Positions 29,765 to 44,128 of a stretch of DNA of 64,000 nt are shown here, one piece after another; positions within the stretch are counted from its first letter, which is position 1; each line of letters opens with the position of its first letter. The notes below the pieces were generated by a model. The model searched no databases, was not told the DNA's origin, and worked only from the letters and a program-made list of their open reading frames with translations. The position numbers and the translations under genes are program-made. The stretch is from NCBI RefSeq assembly GCF_009914755.1, contig NC_060944.1, one strand, 5' to 3'. This DNA is from the human T2T-CHM13v2.0 reference genome, Homo sapiens.

Positions 29765-30389
29765 CAGGGGACCTCCCTTGAGAGATCAATCCCCTGTCCT
29801 CCTGCTCTTTGCTCCCTGAGAAAGATCCACCTACGACCTCAGGTCCTCAGACTGACCAGCCCAAGGAACATGACACCAATTTTAAATCAGGTAAGCGGCC
29901 TTTTTGTACTCTCTTCTTCAATCTCACTATCCCTCAACCTCTTTCTCCTTTCAATCTTGGCGCCACACTTCAATCTCTCCCTTCTCTTAATTTCAGTTCC
30001 TTTCCTTTTCTCCTAGGGACAGGAGACGCATTTTATCCGTGAACCCAAAACTCCGGCGTGGGTCACGGACTCAGCAAGGCAGACTTCCCTTGGTGTTTAA
30101 TCATTGCGGGAATGCCTCTCTGAATATTCACCCACATTTCAGAGGTGTCTGACCACATGGGGACGCCTGCCTTGGTCCTTCACCCTTAGCAGCAAGTACC
30201 GCTTTTCTAGGGAGCAAACACCCCCCACCCCTTCTCTCCATGTCTCTACTCTCTCTTTTCTCTGGGCTTGCCTCCTTCACTATGGGCAGCCTTCCACCCT
30301 CCATTCCTCCTTCTTCTCCCTTAGCCTGTGTTTTCAAGAACTTAAAACCTCTTCAACTCACACCTGACCTAAACCTAAATGCCTTATTT

Positions 30390-32975
30390 TCTTCTACAAT
30401 GCCGCTTGACCTCAGTACAAACTCGACAGTGGTTCCAAATAGCCAGAAAACAGCACTTTTGGTTTTTCCATCCTACAAGATCTAGATAATGCTTTTCATA
30501 AAATAGGCAAACGGTCGGAGGTGTTTGACATCCAGGCATTCTTTTACACATTGTTCCCTCCCTAGTCTCTGTTCCCAATGTGTCTCGTCCCACATCCTCC
30601 TTCTTTCCCTCCCACCTGTCCTCTCAGTCCCAATCCCAAGCATTGCTGAGTCTTTCTAATCTTCGTTTTCTGCAGACCCCTCTGACCTCTTACCTCCTCC
30701 CCAGGCTGCTCCTCGCCAGGCCGAGCCAGGTCCCAATTCTTCCTCAGCCTCTGCTCCTCCACCCTATAATCCTTTTATCACCTCCCCTCCTCACACCTGC
30801 TAGCCCTACCCCACTTGCCCAGCAATTTCCTCTTAAAAAGGTGGTTGGAGCTAAAGGCATAGTCATGGTTAATGCTCCTTTTTCTCTATCCGAACTCTCC
30901 CAAAATCAGTTAGCGTTTAGGTTCTTTTTCATCAAATATGAAAAACCCAGCCCAGTTCATGGCTCATTCGGCAGCAACCCTGAGATGCTTTACAGCCCTA
31001 GACCCTAAAAGGTCAAAAGGCCGTCTTATCCTCAATATACATTTTATTGCCCAATCTGCCCCGACATTAAATAAAACTCCAAAAAGTAAATTCCAGCCCT
31101 CAAACCCCACAACAGGACTTAATTAACCTCGCCTTCAAGGTGTACAATAATAGAGTAGAGGCAGCCAAGTAGCAATGTATTTCTGAGTTGCAATTCCTTG
31201 CCTCCACTGTGAGACAATCCCCAGCCACATCTCCAGCACACAAGAACTCCAAACGCCTGAACCGCAGCTGCCAGGAGTTCCTCCAGAACCTCCTCCCCCA
31301 AAGTCCGTCCCCTTCTTAATCAATACGGAAGCTACCCACTCCACATTACCTTCTTTTCAAGGGCTTGTTTCCCTTGCCTCCATAACTGTTGTAGGTATTG
31401 ACGGCCAGGCTTCTAAACCTCTTAAAAACTCCCCAACTCTGGTGCCAACTTAGACAACATTCTTTTATGCACTCTTTTTTAGTTATGCCCATCTGCCGAA
31501 TTCTCTTATTAGGCCAAGATATTTTAAGTAAATTATCTGCTTCCCTGACTGTTCCTGGACTACAGCCACACCTCATTGCTGCCCTTTTCCCCAGTTCAAA
31601 GCCTCCTTCGCATCCTCCTCTCATATCCCCCCACCTTACCCACAAGTATAAGATACCTCTACTCCCTCCTTGGTGACTGATCATGCACCCCTTACCATCC
31701 CATTAAAACCTAATCACCCTTACCCCATTCAATGCCAATATCCCATCCCACAGCACGCTTTAAAAAGATTAAAGCCTGTTATCACTCGCCTGTTACAGCA
31801 TGGCCTTTTAAAGCCTATAAACTCTCCTTACGATTCCCCCATTTTACCTGTCCTAAAACCGGACAAGGCTTACAGGTTAGTTCAGGATCTGCACCTTATC
31901 CACCAAATTATTTTGCCTATCCACCCCGTGGTGCCAAACCCATATACTCTCCTATCCTCAATACCTCCCTCCACAACCCATTATTCTGTTCTGGATCTCA
32001 AACATGCTTTCTTTACTATTCCTTTGCACCCTACATCCCAGGCTCTCTTTGCTTTCACTTGGACTGACCCTGACACCCATTAGGCTCAGCAAATTACCTG
32101 GGCTGTACTGCCGCAAGCCTTCACAGACAGCCCCCATTACTTCAGTCAAGCCCAAATTTCATCCTCATCTGTTACCCATCTCGGCATAATTCTCATAAAA
32201 ACACACTTGCTCTCCCTGCTGATCGTGTCCGACTAATCTCCCAAACCCCAATCCCTTCTACAAAACAACAACTCCCTTCCTTCTAGGCATGGTTAGTGCA
32301 GTCAGAATTCTTACACAAGAGCCAGGAACATGCCCTGTAGCCTTTCTGTCCAAACAACTTGACCTTACTCTTTTAGCCTGGCTCTCATGTCTGCGTGCAG
32401 CGGCTGCCGCTGCCTTAATACTTTTAGAGGCCCTCAAAATCACAAACTATGCTCAACTCACTCTCTACAGTTCTCATAACTTCCAAAATCTATTTTCTTC
32501 CTCATACCTGACACATATACTTTCTGCTTCCCCGCTCCTTCAGCTGTACTCACTCTTTTTTGAGTCTCCCACAATTACCCTTGTTCCTGGCTCAGACTTC
32601 AATCCGGCCTCCCACGTTATTCTGGATACCACACCTGACCCTCATGACTGTATCTCTCTGATCCACCTGACGTACACCGCATTTCCCCCATTATTTCCCT
32701 CTTCCCTGTTCCTCACCCTGATCACATTTAGTTTATTGATGGCAGTTCCACTAGGCCTAATCGCTACACACCAGCAAAGGCAGGCTATGCTATAGTACAA
32801 GCCACCAGCCCACCTCTTAGAACCTCTCATTTCCTTTCCATCATGGAAATCTGTCCTCAAGGAAATAACTTCTCAGTGTTCCATCTGCTATTCTACTACT
32901 CCTCAGGGATTATTCAGGCCCCCTCCCTTCCCTACACATCAAGCTCAGGGATTTTCCCCTGCCCAGGACTGGCAA
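30390..32975 (+). pseudogene. HERV-H gag-pro-pol remnants with internal deletions
   Basis: RT N-terminus (ORF 31670..32083: YRLVQDL, LDLKHAFF), tether (PVAFLSKQLD), RNase H start (FIDGSS); YxDD region and nearly all of integrase missing. Confidence 0.88.
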
Positions 32976-33002
32976 CTCTTAACTCCCTCTTAGAGTGGAT
33001 AG

Positions 33003-34772
33003 ATGCTCTTTGCTGGCAGGGGACCCTCCAATCCTTTCACCCTGATGAAGTTCTATTCTTTACTTTTATACTCACTCTTATTCTCATTCCCATTCTTATG
33101 CCACCCTCTACCTCTCCCCAGCTATCTCCACCACACTATCAACCTTACCCATTCTCTCCTAGCCGTTTCTAATCCCTCCTTAGTGAACAACCGCTGGCTT
33201 TGCATTTCCCTTTCTTCCAGCACCTACACAGTTGTCCCCACCTTACATGCAGACTAGGCAACATCTCCTATCTCCTTACACCTCCAAACTTCCTTTAACA
33301 GCCCTCACCTTTACCCTCCTGAAGAACTCATTTACTTTCTAGACAGGTCCAGCAACACCTCCTGAGACATCTCACATCAGCAAGCTGCCGCCCTCCTCCG
33401 CACTTAATTAAAAAACCTTTCTCCTTATATCAACTCTACTCCCCCAATATTTGGACCTCTCACAACACAAACTACTATTCCTGTGGCCGCTCCTTTATGT
33501 ATCTCTCGGCAAAGACCCACTGGAATTCCCCTAGGTAACCTTTCACCTTCTCGATGTTCCTTTATTCTTCATCTCCAAAGCCCAACTACACACATCACTG
33601 AAACAATAGGAGCCTTCCAGCTCCATATTACAGACAAGCCCTCTATCAATACTGGCAAACTTAAAAACATTAGCTGTAATTATTGCTTAGGAAGACACTT
33701 ACCCTGTATTTCACTCCATCTTTGGCTGCCTTCCCCTTGCTCATCAGACTCTCCTCCCAGGCCCTCTTCTTGTTTACTTATACCCAGCCCTGTAAATAAC
33801 AGTGAAAGTTTGCTTGTAGACACTTGACGTTTTCTCATACACCATGAAAATCGAACCTCCCCCTCTATGCAGTTACCCCATCAGTCCCCATTACAACCTC
33901 TGATGGCTGCCACCCCAGCTGGATCCCTAAGAGTCTAGGTACAAGACACTCCTTTCAGCATTCCTTCTCATCTTTTTACTTTGCATCTCCAGTTTTGCCT
34001 CACACAAGGTCTCTTCTTCCTCTGTGGATCCTCTACCTACATGTGTCTACCTGCTAATTGGACAGGCACATGCACACTAGTTTTCCTTACTCCCAAAATT
34101 CAATTTGCAAATGGGACCGAAGAGCTCCCTGTTCCCCTCACGACACTGACACGACAAAAAAGAGTTATTCCACTAATTCCCTTGCTTGTCGCTTTAGGAC
34201 TTTCTGCCTCCACTATTGCTCTCAGTACTAGAATAGCAGGCATTTCAACCTCTGTCACGACCTTCCATAGCCTGTCTAATGACTTCTCTGCTAGCACCAC
34301 AGACATATCATAAACTTTATCAGTCCTCCAGGCCCAAGTTGACTCTTTAGCTGCAGTTGTCCTCCAAAACCGCCGAGGCCTTGACTTACTCACTGCTGAA
34401 AAAGGAGGACTCTGTATATTCTTAAATGAAGAGTGTTGTTTTTATGTAAATCAATCTGGCCTGGTATATGACAACATAAAAAAACTCAAGAATAGAGCCC
34501 AAAAACTTGCCAGCCAAGCAAGTAATTACACTGAACCCCCTTGGGCACTCTCTAATTAGACGTCCTGGGTCCTCCCAATTCTTAGTCCTTTAATACCTAT
34601 TTTTCTCCTTCTTTTATTCAGACCTTGTATCTTCCATTTAGTTTCTCAGTTCATCCAAAACCGTATCCAGGCCCTCACCAATCATTCTATACGACAAATG
34701 TTTCTTCTAACAACCCCACAATATCACCCCTTACCACAAAATCTTCCTTCAGCTCAATCTCTCCCACTCTAG
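33003..34772 (+). pseudogene. HERV-H env, full length, single frame, 7 in-frame stops
   Basis: Signal peptide MKFYSLLLYSLLF, RQKR furin site, fusion peptide VIPLIPLL, ISD LQNRRGLDLLTAEKGGL, CX6CC and TM, all in one frame. Stops at 33255, 33363, 33405, 33825, 33936, 34311 and 34557. Confidence 0.93.
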
Positions 34773-34923
34773 GTTCCATGACCCAATCCTGCTCAAAGCA
34801 GCCCTGAGAAACATCACCCATTATCTCTCCATGCCAGCCCCCCACCAAAAATATTTTTTTCGCTGCCCCAACACTTCAATACTATTTTATGTTATTTTTC
34901 TTATTAATATAAGAAGGCAGGAA

Positions 34924-35373
34924 TGTCAGACCTCTGAGCCGAAGCTAAACCATCGCATCCCCTGTGACCTGCATGTATATGCCCAGATGGCCTGAAGTAA
35001 CTGAAGAATCACCAAAGAAGTGAAAGTGGCCTGTTAATGCCTTAACTGATGACATTCCACCACAAAAGAAGTGAAAATGGCTGGTCCTTGCCTTAACTGA
35101 TGACATTACCTTGTGAAATCCTTTCTCCTGGCTCATCCTGGCTCAAAAAGCTCCCCCACTGAGCATCTTGTGACCCCCACTCCTGCCTGCCAGAGAACAA
35201 CTCCCCTTTGACTGTAATTTTCCTTTACCTACCCAAATCTTATAAAATGGCCCCACCCCTATCTCCCTTCACTGACTCTCTTTTCGGACTCAGCCCGCCT
35301 GCACCCAGGTGAAATAGCCTTGTTGCTCACACAAAGCCTGTTTGGTGGTCTCTTCACATGGATGTGAGTGAAA
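34924..35373 (+). promoter_or_regulatory. 3' LTR7 (poly(A) signal deleted)
   Basis: Follows PPT AAGAAGGCAGGAA; about 25 substitutions (manual count) and one 4-bp deletion relative to the 5' LTR. Confidence 0.95.
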
Positions 35374-35595
35374 TTAATATTAGGTACACACAGACATAAA
35401 GATGGGAAAAATAGACAGTGAAGATTTTAAAGGGGATAAGGAAGGGAGAGGAGCAAATGTTGAAAAACTATCTATTCTGTACTATGTTTGCTACTTGGGT
35501 GACAGGGTCATTAGAAGCCCAAACCTCAGCATCACACAATAAGCCCATGTAACAAATCTGTACATTTATCCCCTGAATCTAGATTTTAAAATAAG

Positions 35596-35880
35596 GCTGG
35601 GTGTGGTGGCTCACACCTGTAATCCAAACACTTTGGGAGGCTGAGGCAGGAGGATTGCTTGAGCCCAGGAGTTCAAGACCAGCCTGGGCAACATAGACCT
35701 TGTCTCTACAAAAAATAAACAAAATCAGCAAAATGTGGAGGTGCGCCTGTAGTCCCAGCTGCTCAGGAGACTGAGGCAGGAAGATTACTTGAGCCCAGGA
35801 GCTCAAGGTTGCAGTGAGCTGAGATCGTGCCACTGTACTCCAGCCTAGGCTACCAAGTGAGATTTTGTCTCAAAGAAAAT
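35596..35880 (+). mobile_element. AluJ-like
   Basis: Dimer with GGATTGCTTGAGCCCAGGAG. Confidence 0.9.
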
Positions 35881-35974
35881 AAGATAAAATTTTTTCTTAC
35901 ATTGTGATATATATGCACAATGGAATTTTCAAATATATAGTATATTATCACTAACTGTAGCCACCATGATGTAA

Positions 35975-36288
<314 letters not shown>

Positions 36289-36299
36289 AACTCTCTTGA

Positions 36300-37860
36300 G
36301 CTTATTTTTCCTGTCTAAGTGATTTCCCCACCCCTAGCCTCTGATAACTACCATTTTACTCTTTGTTTCTATGAATTCAACTTTTTTACACTCTACATAG
36401 AAGTGAGATCGTGTCTTTCTGTGCCTGGCTTATTTCATTTAGCTTACTGTCCTCCAGGTTCATCCATGTTGTTGCAAATGACAGAATTTACTTCTTTTTT
36501 AAAGCTGAAAAGTATTCCATTGTGATTATGTACCACCATTTTCTTTATTAATTCATCTATTAATGGGCACTTAAGTTGATTCCATGCCTTGGTTATTGTG
36601 AATAATGCTGAAATTAACATGAAAGTGCAGATATCTTTTCAACATGCTGATTTTATTTCCATTAGCTATATACCCAGTAATGGGATTGCTGGATCATATA
36701 GTAGTTTTCATTTTAATTTTTTAAGGAACTTCCATACAGTTTTCCATAATAGCTATACTAATTTTTATTCCCACCAACAGTGTGCAAGGGTTCCCATTTC
36801 TCCACATCCTTTCCAACACTTATTCTCTTTCATAGTATATTTTGAAGTCAGGTAGTGTGATGCCTTCAGCTTTGTTCTTTTTGCTCAAGATTGTTTTGGC
36901 TATTCAAAATCTTTTGTGGTTCAATCCAAATTTTAAGATTTTTTTCTGTTTCAGTAAAAAATGTCTTTGGAATTTTGATAGGGATTGCATTAAATCTATA
37001 GACCACTTTGGGTACTACAGATATTTTAACAATATTAATTTTTTACTTTCATGAACATGGGATATCTTTCCATCTGTGTCTTCTTCAATTTCTTCCATCA
37101 AAGTTTTATACATTTTAGTGTAGAGGCCTTTTACCTCTTTGTTAAATTTATTCCTAAGTATTTTTGTAGCTATTGTAAAAGGATCATTTACTTGATTCAC
37201 TTCTCAGGTGTTCTTGTTAGTATTCAGAAAAGCTGCTGATTTTTGTATGTTGAATTTATATCCTGCCACTTTACTGAATTCATTTATTAGTTCTAATAGT
37301 TATTTGGCAAAGTCTTCAGGATTTTCTATATATACGATTATGTCATCTGCAAAAAGAAACAATTTCACTTCTTCCTTCCCATTTTAATGCTCTTTTTATT
37401 GCATTTTCTTGCCTAATTAATCTGGCTAGAATTTCCAGTACTACATTGATAGAAGTGGCAAAAGTGGGCATTATTTTGTTCTTTATCTTAAAGAAAAAGC
37501 TTTTGACTGTTCACCATTGAGTATGATGTTAAATGGGGCTTGTCATATATGATCTTTATTGTGTTGAGATCATTCTTTCTGTATCTAATTTGTTGAGTTT
37601 TATCACAAAAGGACGCTGAATGTTGTCAAGTGTTTTTTCTGCATCTGTTGAGATGATCATATGGTTTTTACCCATCACTCTGTTAATGTAGATAAATCTC
37701 ACTTGATCATGGTGAATAATCCATTTAAAGTATTGTTGAATTCAATTTGCTAGTATTTTCTTGAGGTTTTTGTATCTCTGTTCTAGGGACATCGACCTAT
37801 AACTTTTTTTTCTTGTATGCCCTTGCTCTGGCTTTATTATAAGGGTACTGCTACCCCAGC
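36300..37860 (-). mobile_element. L1MA-type 3' UTR/ORF2 fragments
   Basis: Reverse-strand degenerate ORF2 (PFTIATK...YKTLMEEIEEDT). Confidence 0.75.
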
Positions 37861-39734
37861 ATGATTTCCAAATGGCTATGAACCAGTGACTGCTGTGTAC
37901 AACCAACTTTTCCTCCTTTCAAATGGGAGTGTTGTGGTTATAACATTATAAAACAAATCTTGCAAAGTTAGATAGAAGGCATCAGTTCTAGTGTTTGATA
38001 GCACAGCAGAGTGGCTATTGTTAACAACAATTTATTGTATATTTCAAAATAGCTAAAAGAGAAGTTTTGAAATGTTCCCAACACAAAGAAAGGACAAATG
38101 TCCAAGGTGCTGGATATCCTAAATAATCTGACTTGATTATTACACATTATATGCATGTATCAAAATATCACATGTGCCCAGAAATATGTACAAATACTAT
38201 GTATCAATAAAAAAGTTTTTAAAAAATAAATATTACATATAATATATGAATTATATAATAAAACTAGAATATAATATAAAAAGGAAAAAATATATGTAAA
38301 ATAAATCTTCATAATAAAATAAAATAAAATAATTTGAAAGAGTCTATGAATAAGATTTTGGAGACTACTCTAAGACAGATGCAAGAGCAGGTACCAATAA
38401 TTCTGTCTGTACCAAAAGAGTGAATAATAAAAATATACAATTTCAACTTAATTTTGCATAAAAAAAAGTGAACAAATAAACATGCATCTAACAATACTGA
38501 CCACATCCACGTCTTCTATGAGTATGGAGGGGATAAAAGAATAAAAGAAAAAAGTCAAAGTGAAGATTAGATCCCCCCAGTCAGAGCAGAATTCAAGGGT
38601 TAATTTATCTGTTCAATTAAGTATATCCCTCACCCCCAACTCAGAAGACACTTCTCTGATTTATCTGACACTAAGCCAAAATGGATTCTCTTATCTAATT
38701 TATCAGTAGAATCATATAGAGTAGAGGACACATGTAGATTAAAGACAGTGAGCCAGACCCATCTTCACTGTCACAGTGACAGAATGGACCCTCCTTTAAA
38801 ATACCCCTGGTGACATTGTAATGAAAGACTAAAAAAGAAAGGGGCTTATAAAGTGCTGCAGTGAAAAAAAGGGCTTCTTATGTGAGCCTTACTTTTAAAG
38901 TTCCCTAAGAATTAGGTTGAAAAAGGTCATACATTGACTTTCATAGTGCTGAAATCATCAACAAAAATTTCTAAAATTCTGCAAAGTCCAGTCACTGTTA
39001 CCTGTGCACTTCTCCAGAATTTTCAAAAGCCAAACTACTAAAAGGAAGGTTCTTGTATGCTCTTGAAACTTTAATATATCCAGCTAAATATTTTTCTCCT
39101 TCCTCCCCCTGAAACAAGGTGGTGAGCTGCTCATGGAGTAATAAGGTTCATTGATTTCTTTATCTCACATGAGTAAATATTAGCTCTACAAAAGTTATTT
39201 ATGACCAGTGCCTTAAATTAAGCAGCATCAACAAATGTCACCACAAAATTTCTCTTCTGTTCATCTGGACAGCATTTTCTACCATCATGACCTACTACAA
39301 TTTCATCTATCTCATGAGGAGCTTCTTAAGTACGTCCCCCTCATTTATAAGACTTTAAATTTCATACTGAAACAAATGATATGCAATGCTTTTAGAGATC
39401 TTAAGATAATCTTTGTCTAAAAATTCTGTCAACTAGATGTTCAAATTGCTACTGAAAATGGAGATGGAACACATACATTAAATGAATTTCAAATGATATA
39501 TCGGAATTACCAGTAGCTGTCATGTTTGCCCATCAGATCTGCCCTCAAAAAAGTGTTATGAAAATATTCAAACATTTTTTCTCCCTCTAACTAATTCCTA
39601 GCTGTTAGCAGAACCCTCTGTACACACACACACACACACACACACACACGGCATTCAGATCTAATTAGACAAAAGAAATTTCATTTGTGAAACAGGAGAA
39701 ATACCTGAAATTCTGTGAAATATTGTCTCGCATA

Positions 39735-42700
39735 GAAAATGGAGTTGTTACAAGCCAGGAGAGATTGGGTGCCTATTTTCAACCTTCTTAAAGACAAGAA
39801 ATTCCAACCAAGAATTTCATATCCTGTCAAATTAAGATTAATAAATGAAAGAGAAATAAAATCTTTTCCAGACACTCCAGTACTAAGAGAAATCCTTATT
39901 ATTAAAGGCAGTCTTACAAGAGACCCTTCAGGGAGTTCTAAATATGGAAACAAAGGAACGATATTTGCATTTACAAAAACATACTTAAGTACGTGGCCCA
40001 CAGACCCTAATAAGCAACCACACAATAGAAACTACAAAGCAACCAGCTAACAACTCCATGATAGGATCAAAACCTCACATATTAACATTAACCTTGAATA
40101 TGAACACTCTAAATGCTCCACTTAAGAGGCACAGAGTAGCAAGTTGGAAAAGAAAAGAAAAGAAAAGAAAAGAAAACAAAACTCATCTGTCTGCAGTCTT
40201 CAAGAGACCAATATCACATATATGACACCCATTGGCTCAAAGTAAATGGTTGGAGAAAGATCTACCACATAAACAAAAAACAGAAAAAGAGGAGGGGTCA
40301 TTATTCTTAGATAAAACAAACTTTAAACCAACAACTACTTAGAAAGATAAAAAAGGGCATTACGTGACAATAAAGGGTTAAATTCAATAAGAAGACTTAA
40401 CTATCCTAAATATATATGCACCCAATATTGGAGCATCTAGATTCATTAAAAAAACTACTTCTAGACCTATGAAAAGACTTAGCCACATGATTATATTGGG
40501 GGACTTCAACACCCCACTGACAGCATTAGATAGATGATTGAGGCAGAAAACTAACAAAGAAATCCTGGACTTAAACTTGACACTTGACCAATTCAACTTA
40601 ATAGACATCTACAGAATATTCCATCCATCAACCACAGAATATATATTCTTCACATCTGCACATGGAACAGACTCCAAGATTGACCACATGCTAGGCCATG
40701 GAATAACTATCAACAAATTCAAAATACCAAAATAATGCCAACCAAACTCTCAGACCACACTGGAAAAAAATAGAAATCAATACCAAGAACCTTCAAAACC
40801 ACACAATTACATGAAAATTAAACAACTTGCTCCTAAACCACTTTTGGATAAACAACAAAATGAAGGCAGAAATTTAAAAATTCATTGAAATAAATGAAAA
40901 CAGAGACATAGCATACCAAAATATCTGGGATGCAGTGAAAACAGTGTTAGAAAGAAAGTTTATAGCACTAAACACTGACCTTGAAAAGCTAGAAAGATCT
41001 CAAATTAATGATATTACGTCACACCTACAGGAACTAGAAAAACAGAAACAAACTAACCACCAAGCTAGCAGAAGAAAAAAAATAACTAAAATCAGTGTAG
41101 AACTGAATGAAATTGAGGCTCAAAAATCCATACAAAGACACAGTGACATTACAAGTTTGTTTTTTTAAGGGATAAACGAGATCAATAGACCACTATTTTT
41201 TGTTAGTAGATTAACAAAAGAAGTGAGAAGATCCAAATAAGCACAAATAGAAACAACAAAAGTGACATTACAACAGATCCCACAGAAATATGAAAGAGAC
41301 TATTATGAGCACCTCTATGCACACAAACTAGAAAATCTAGAGGAAGTGGATAAATTCCTGGAAACATACAATCTCCCAAGATTAAACCAGAAAGAAACTG
41401 AAACCCTGAACAGACCAATAACAGGTTCCAAAATTGAGTCATCAATTAAAAACCTATTAACTAAAAAAGGCCCTGAACCAGATGGATTCACAGCCCAATT
41501 TTACTAGACATACCAATTCTACTAAAACTATTTCAAAAAAGCAAGAAGAAAGATACCTCCCTAACTCATTCTACAAAGTAGGCATCACCCTGGTACCAAA
41601 ACCTGGCAAAGACACAACAAAAAAAGAAAACTACAGGCCAATATCCCTGATGAAAAAAATGCAGAAATCCTTAAGAAATACTAGCAAACTGAATCAAAGA
41701 ATACTAAAAAAAGACAGTTAATTCGCCATGAGCAAACAGACCTCCCTCTTGGGATGCAAGGTTGGTTCAACATATGCAAATGAACAAGTGTGATTCACCA
41801 CATAAACAGAATTAAAAACAAAAACCATATGATCATCTCAATAAATGCAGCAAACCTTTTGATAAACCCAACATCCCTTCATTTAAAAACCCCTCAACAA
41901 ACTAGGCATCGTAGGAGCATACTCAAAAATAATAAGAGCCCCTATGACAAACCCACAGCCAGCATCATGCTGAATGGGCAAAAACTGAAAGCATTTCCCT
42001 TGAGAACTGGGAATGCTTTCTGGAACATTCCAGTTTTCTGGAACATTCCCAGGAATGCCCACTCTCACCACTCAGATTCAGCCTATTACTGGAAGTGCTT
42101 GCCAGAGCAATCAGGCAAGAGGAAGAAATAAAAGGCATCCAAATAGGAAAAGAAGAAGTCAAGCTATCTTTCTTCATTGACAGCAGATTATATGCCTAGA
42201 AAACCTTAAAGCCTCCACCAAAAGACTCCTGGAACTGATAAACGACTTCAGTAAAGTGTCAGGATACAAAAGTCAAAGTATAAAAATTAACAGCATTTCT
42301 ATACACCAATAATGTTCAAGCTGAGAGTCAAATCAAGAATGCAATCCCATTTTCAATAACCACACACTCAAAAAAAAAGCCTAGGATTTTTTTCTAACTA
42401 AGAAGGTGAAAGATCTCTTCAGATTCAGGGAGAATTATAAAACATTGCTTTAAAAAATTATAGATGTCACAAGCAAATGGAAAAACATTCCATGCCCATG
42501 GGTTGGAAAAATCAATATCATTTCAACAGTCATTCTGCCCAAAGCAATCTACAGATTCAATGTTATTCCTATCAAACTACCAAAGCCATTTTTCACAGAA
42601 TTAGAAACAACTATCCTGAATTCTTATGGAGCCAAAAAAAGAGCCTGAATAGGCAAAACAATTCTAAGCAAAAAGAACAAAGCCAGAGGCATCTAATTAC

Positions 42701-44128
42701 CCATCTCAAACTACACAATAAGGTTACAGTAACTGAAACAGCATAATACTGATACAAAAACAGACATATAGACCACTGGAACAGAATAAAGAATCCAAAA
42801 ATAAAGCTGCATGCCTACAGCCATCTGATCTTTGACAAAGTCAACAAAAATACGCAATGGGAAAAGGGCTCCTTATTCAATAAATGGTGCTGGGATAGCT
42901 GGCAAGCCACATATAGAAGAATAAAACTGGACCCCTCCTCTCACCATATAAAAAATTAACTCAAGCTGGATTAAAGATAGAAATGTAAGAACTCAAATTA
43001 CAAGAATCCTAGAAGACAACCTAGAAACACCATTCTGGACATAGGTCTTGGGAAATAATTTATGACTAAGTCCTCAAATCAATTGCAACAAAAACAAAAA
43101 TTGACAAGTGGGACCTAGTTAAACTAAAGAGCTTCTGCACAGCAAAAGAAACTATCAACAGAGTAAAAAGACAACATACAATGGTAGAAAATATCACAAA
43201 CTGTGCCTCTGACAAAGGTCTAATATCAAGCATCTATAAGGAACTTAATTCAACAAGCAAAAAGAAAATAGCCCCATTAAAAAGTGCGCACAAGACATGA
43301 ACAGACACCTCTAAAAAGAACACATACAAGTGGGCAACAAATATATGAAAAAATGTTCAGCATCACTGAACACCAGAGCAATGCAAATCAAAATCACAAT
43401 GAGATAACCTCTTTACACCACTTAGAGTAGCTATTACTAAAAAATCAAAAAACAACAGATGCTGGCAAGGCCGCAGAGAAAAGGGAATGCTTATACACTG
43501 TTAGTGGAAATGTAAATTTGTTCAGCCACTATGGAAAGATGTTTGGAGACTTCTCAAAGAACTTAAAACATAATTACCATTCAACTCAGCAATCCCATTA
43601 CTGGGTATATATCCAAAAGAAAATAAATTGTTCTACCAAAAAGATGTATGCACGTGTATGTTGATCGCAGCACTATTCATAATAGCAAAGACATGGAATC
43701 AACCTAGGTTCCCATCAACAGTGGATTGGATAAAGAAAACGTGGTACATATACACAATGGAATACCATGCTGCCATAAAAAAATAAAATTACCTCTTTTG
43801 CAGCAACATGGATGCAGCTGGAGGCCATTATCCTAAGCGAATTAACACAGGAATAGGAAACCTAATACCATATGTTCTCACTAATAAGTGGGAGCTAAAC
43901 ATTGGGTACACATTGACATAACGATGGGAACAATAGACACTGGGGACTAATAGAAGAGGGAAGGAGGAGAGGGGAAAGGGTTGAAAAACTAACTGTTGGG
44001 TACTATATTCAGGACCTGAGTGATGGGATCAGTTGTACCCCAAACCTCAACAACACACAGTACACCAATGTAACAAATCTGCACATGTACCCCTGAGGCT
44101 AAAATAAAAGTTGAAATTATTTTCTTAA
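39735..44128 (+). mobile_element. L1PB-like LINE-1, ~4.4 kb (end of ORF1, decayed ORF2, 3' UTR)
   Basis: ORF1 C-terminus (LQARRDW..FQPRISYP), endonuclease and RT remnants, L1PB-type 3' end. Confidence 0.9.

Larger units (their letters stand above)
29290..35373 (+). mobile_element. HERV-H provirus with two LTR7 (6.08 kb)
   Basis: Paired LTRs, tRNA-His PBS, gag/pro/pol remnants, full-length env, polypurine tract; inserted in an L1 3' UTR that continues on both flanks. Confidence 0.97.
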
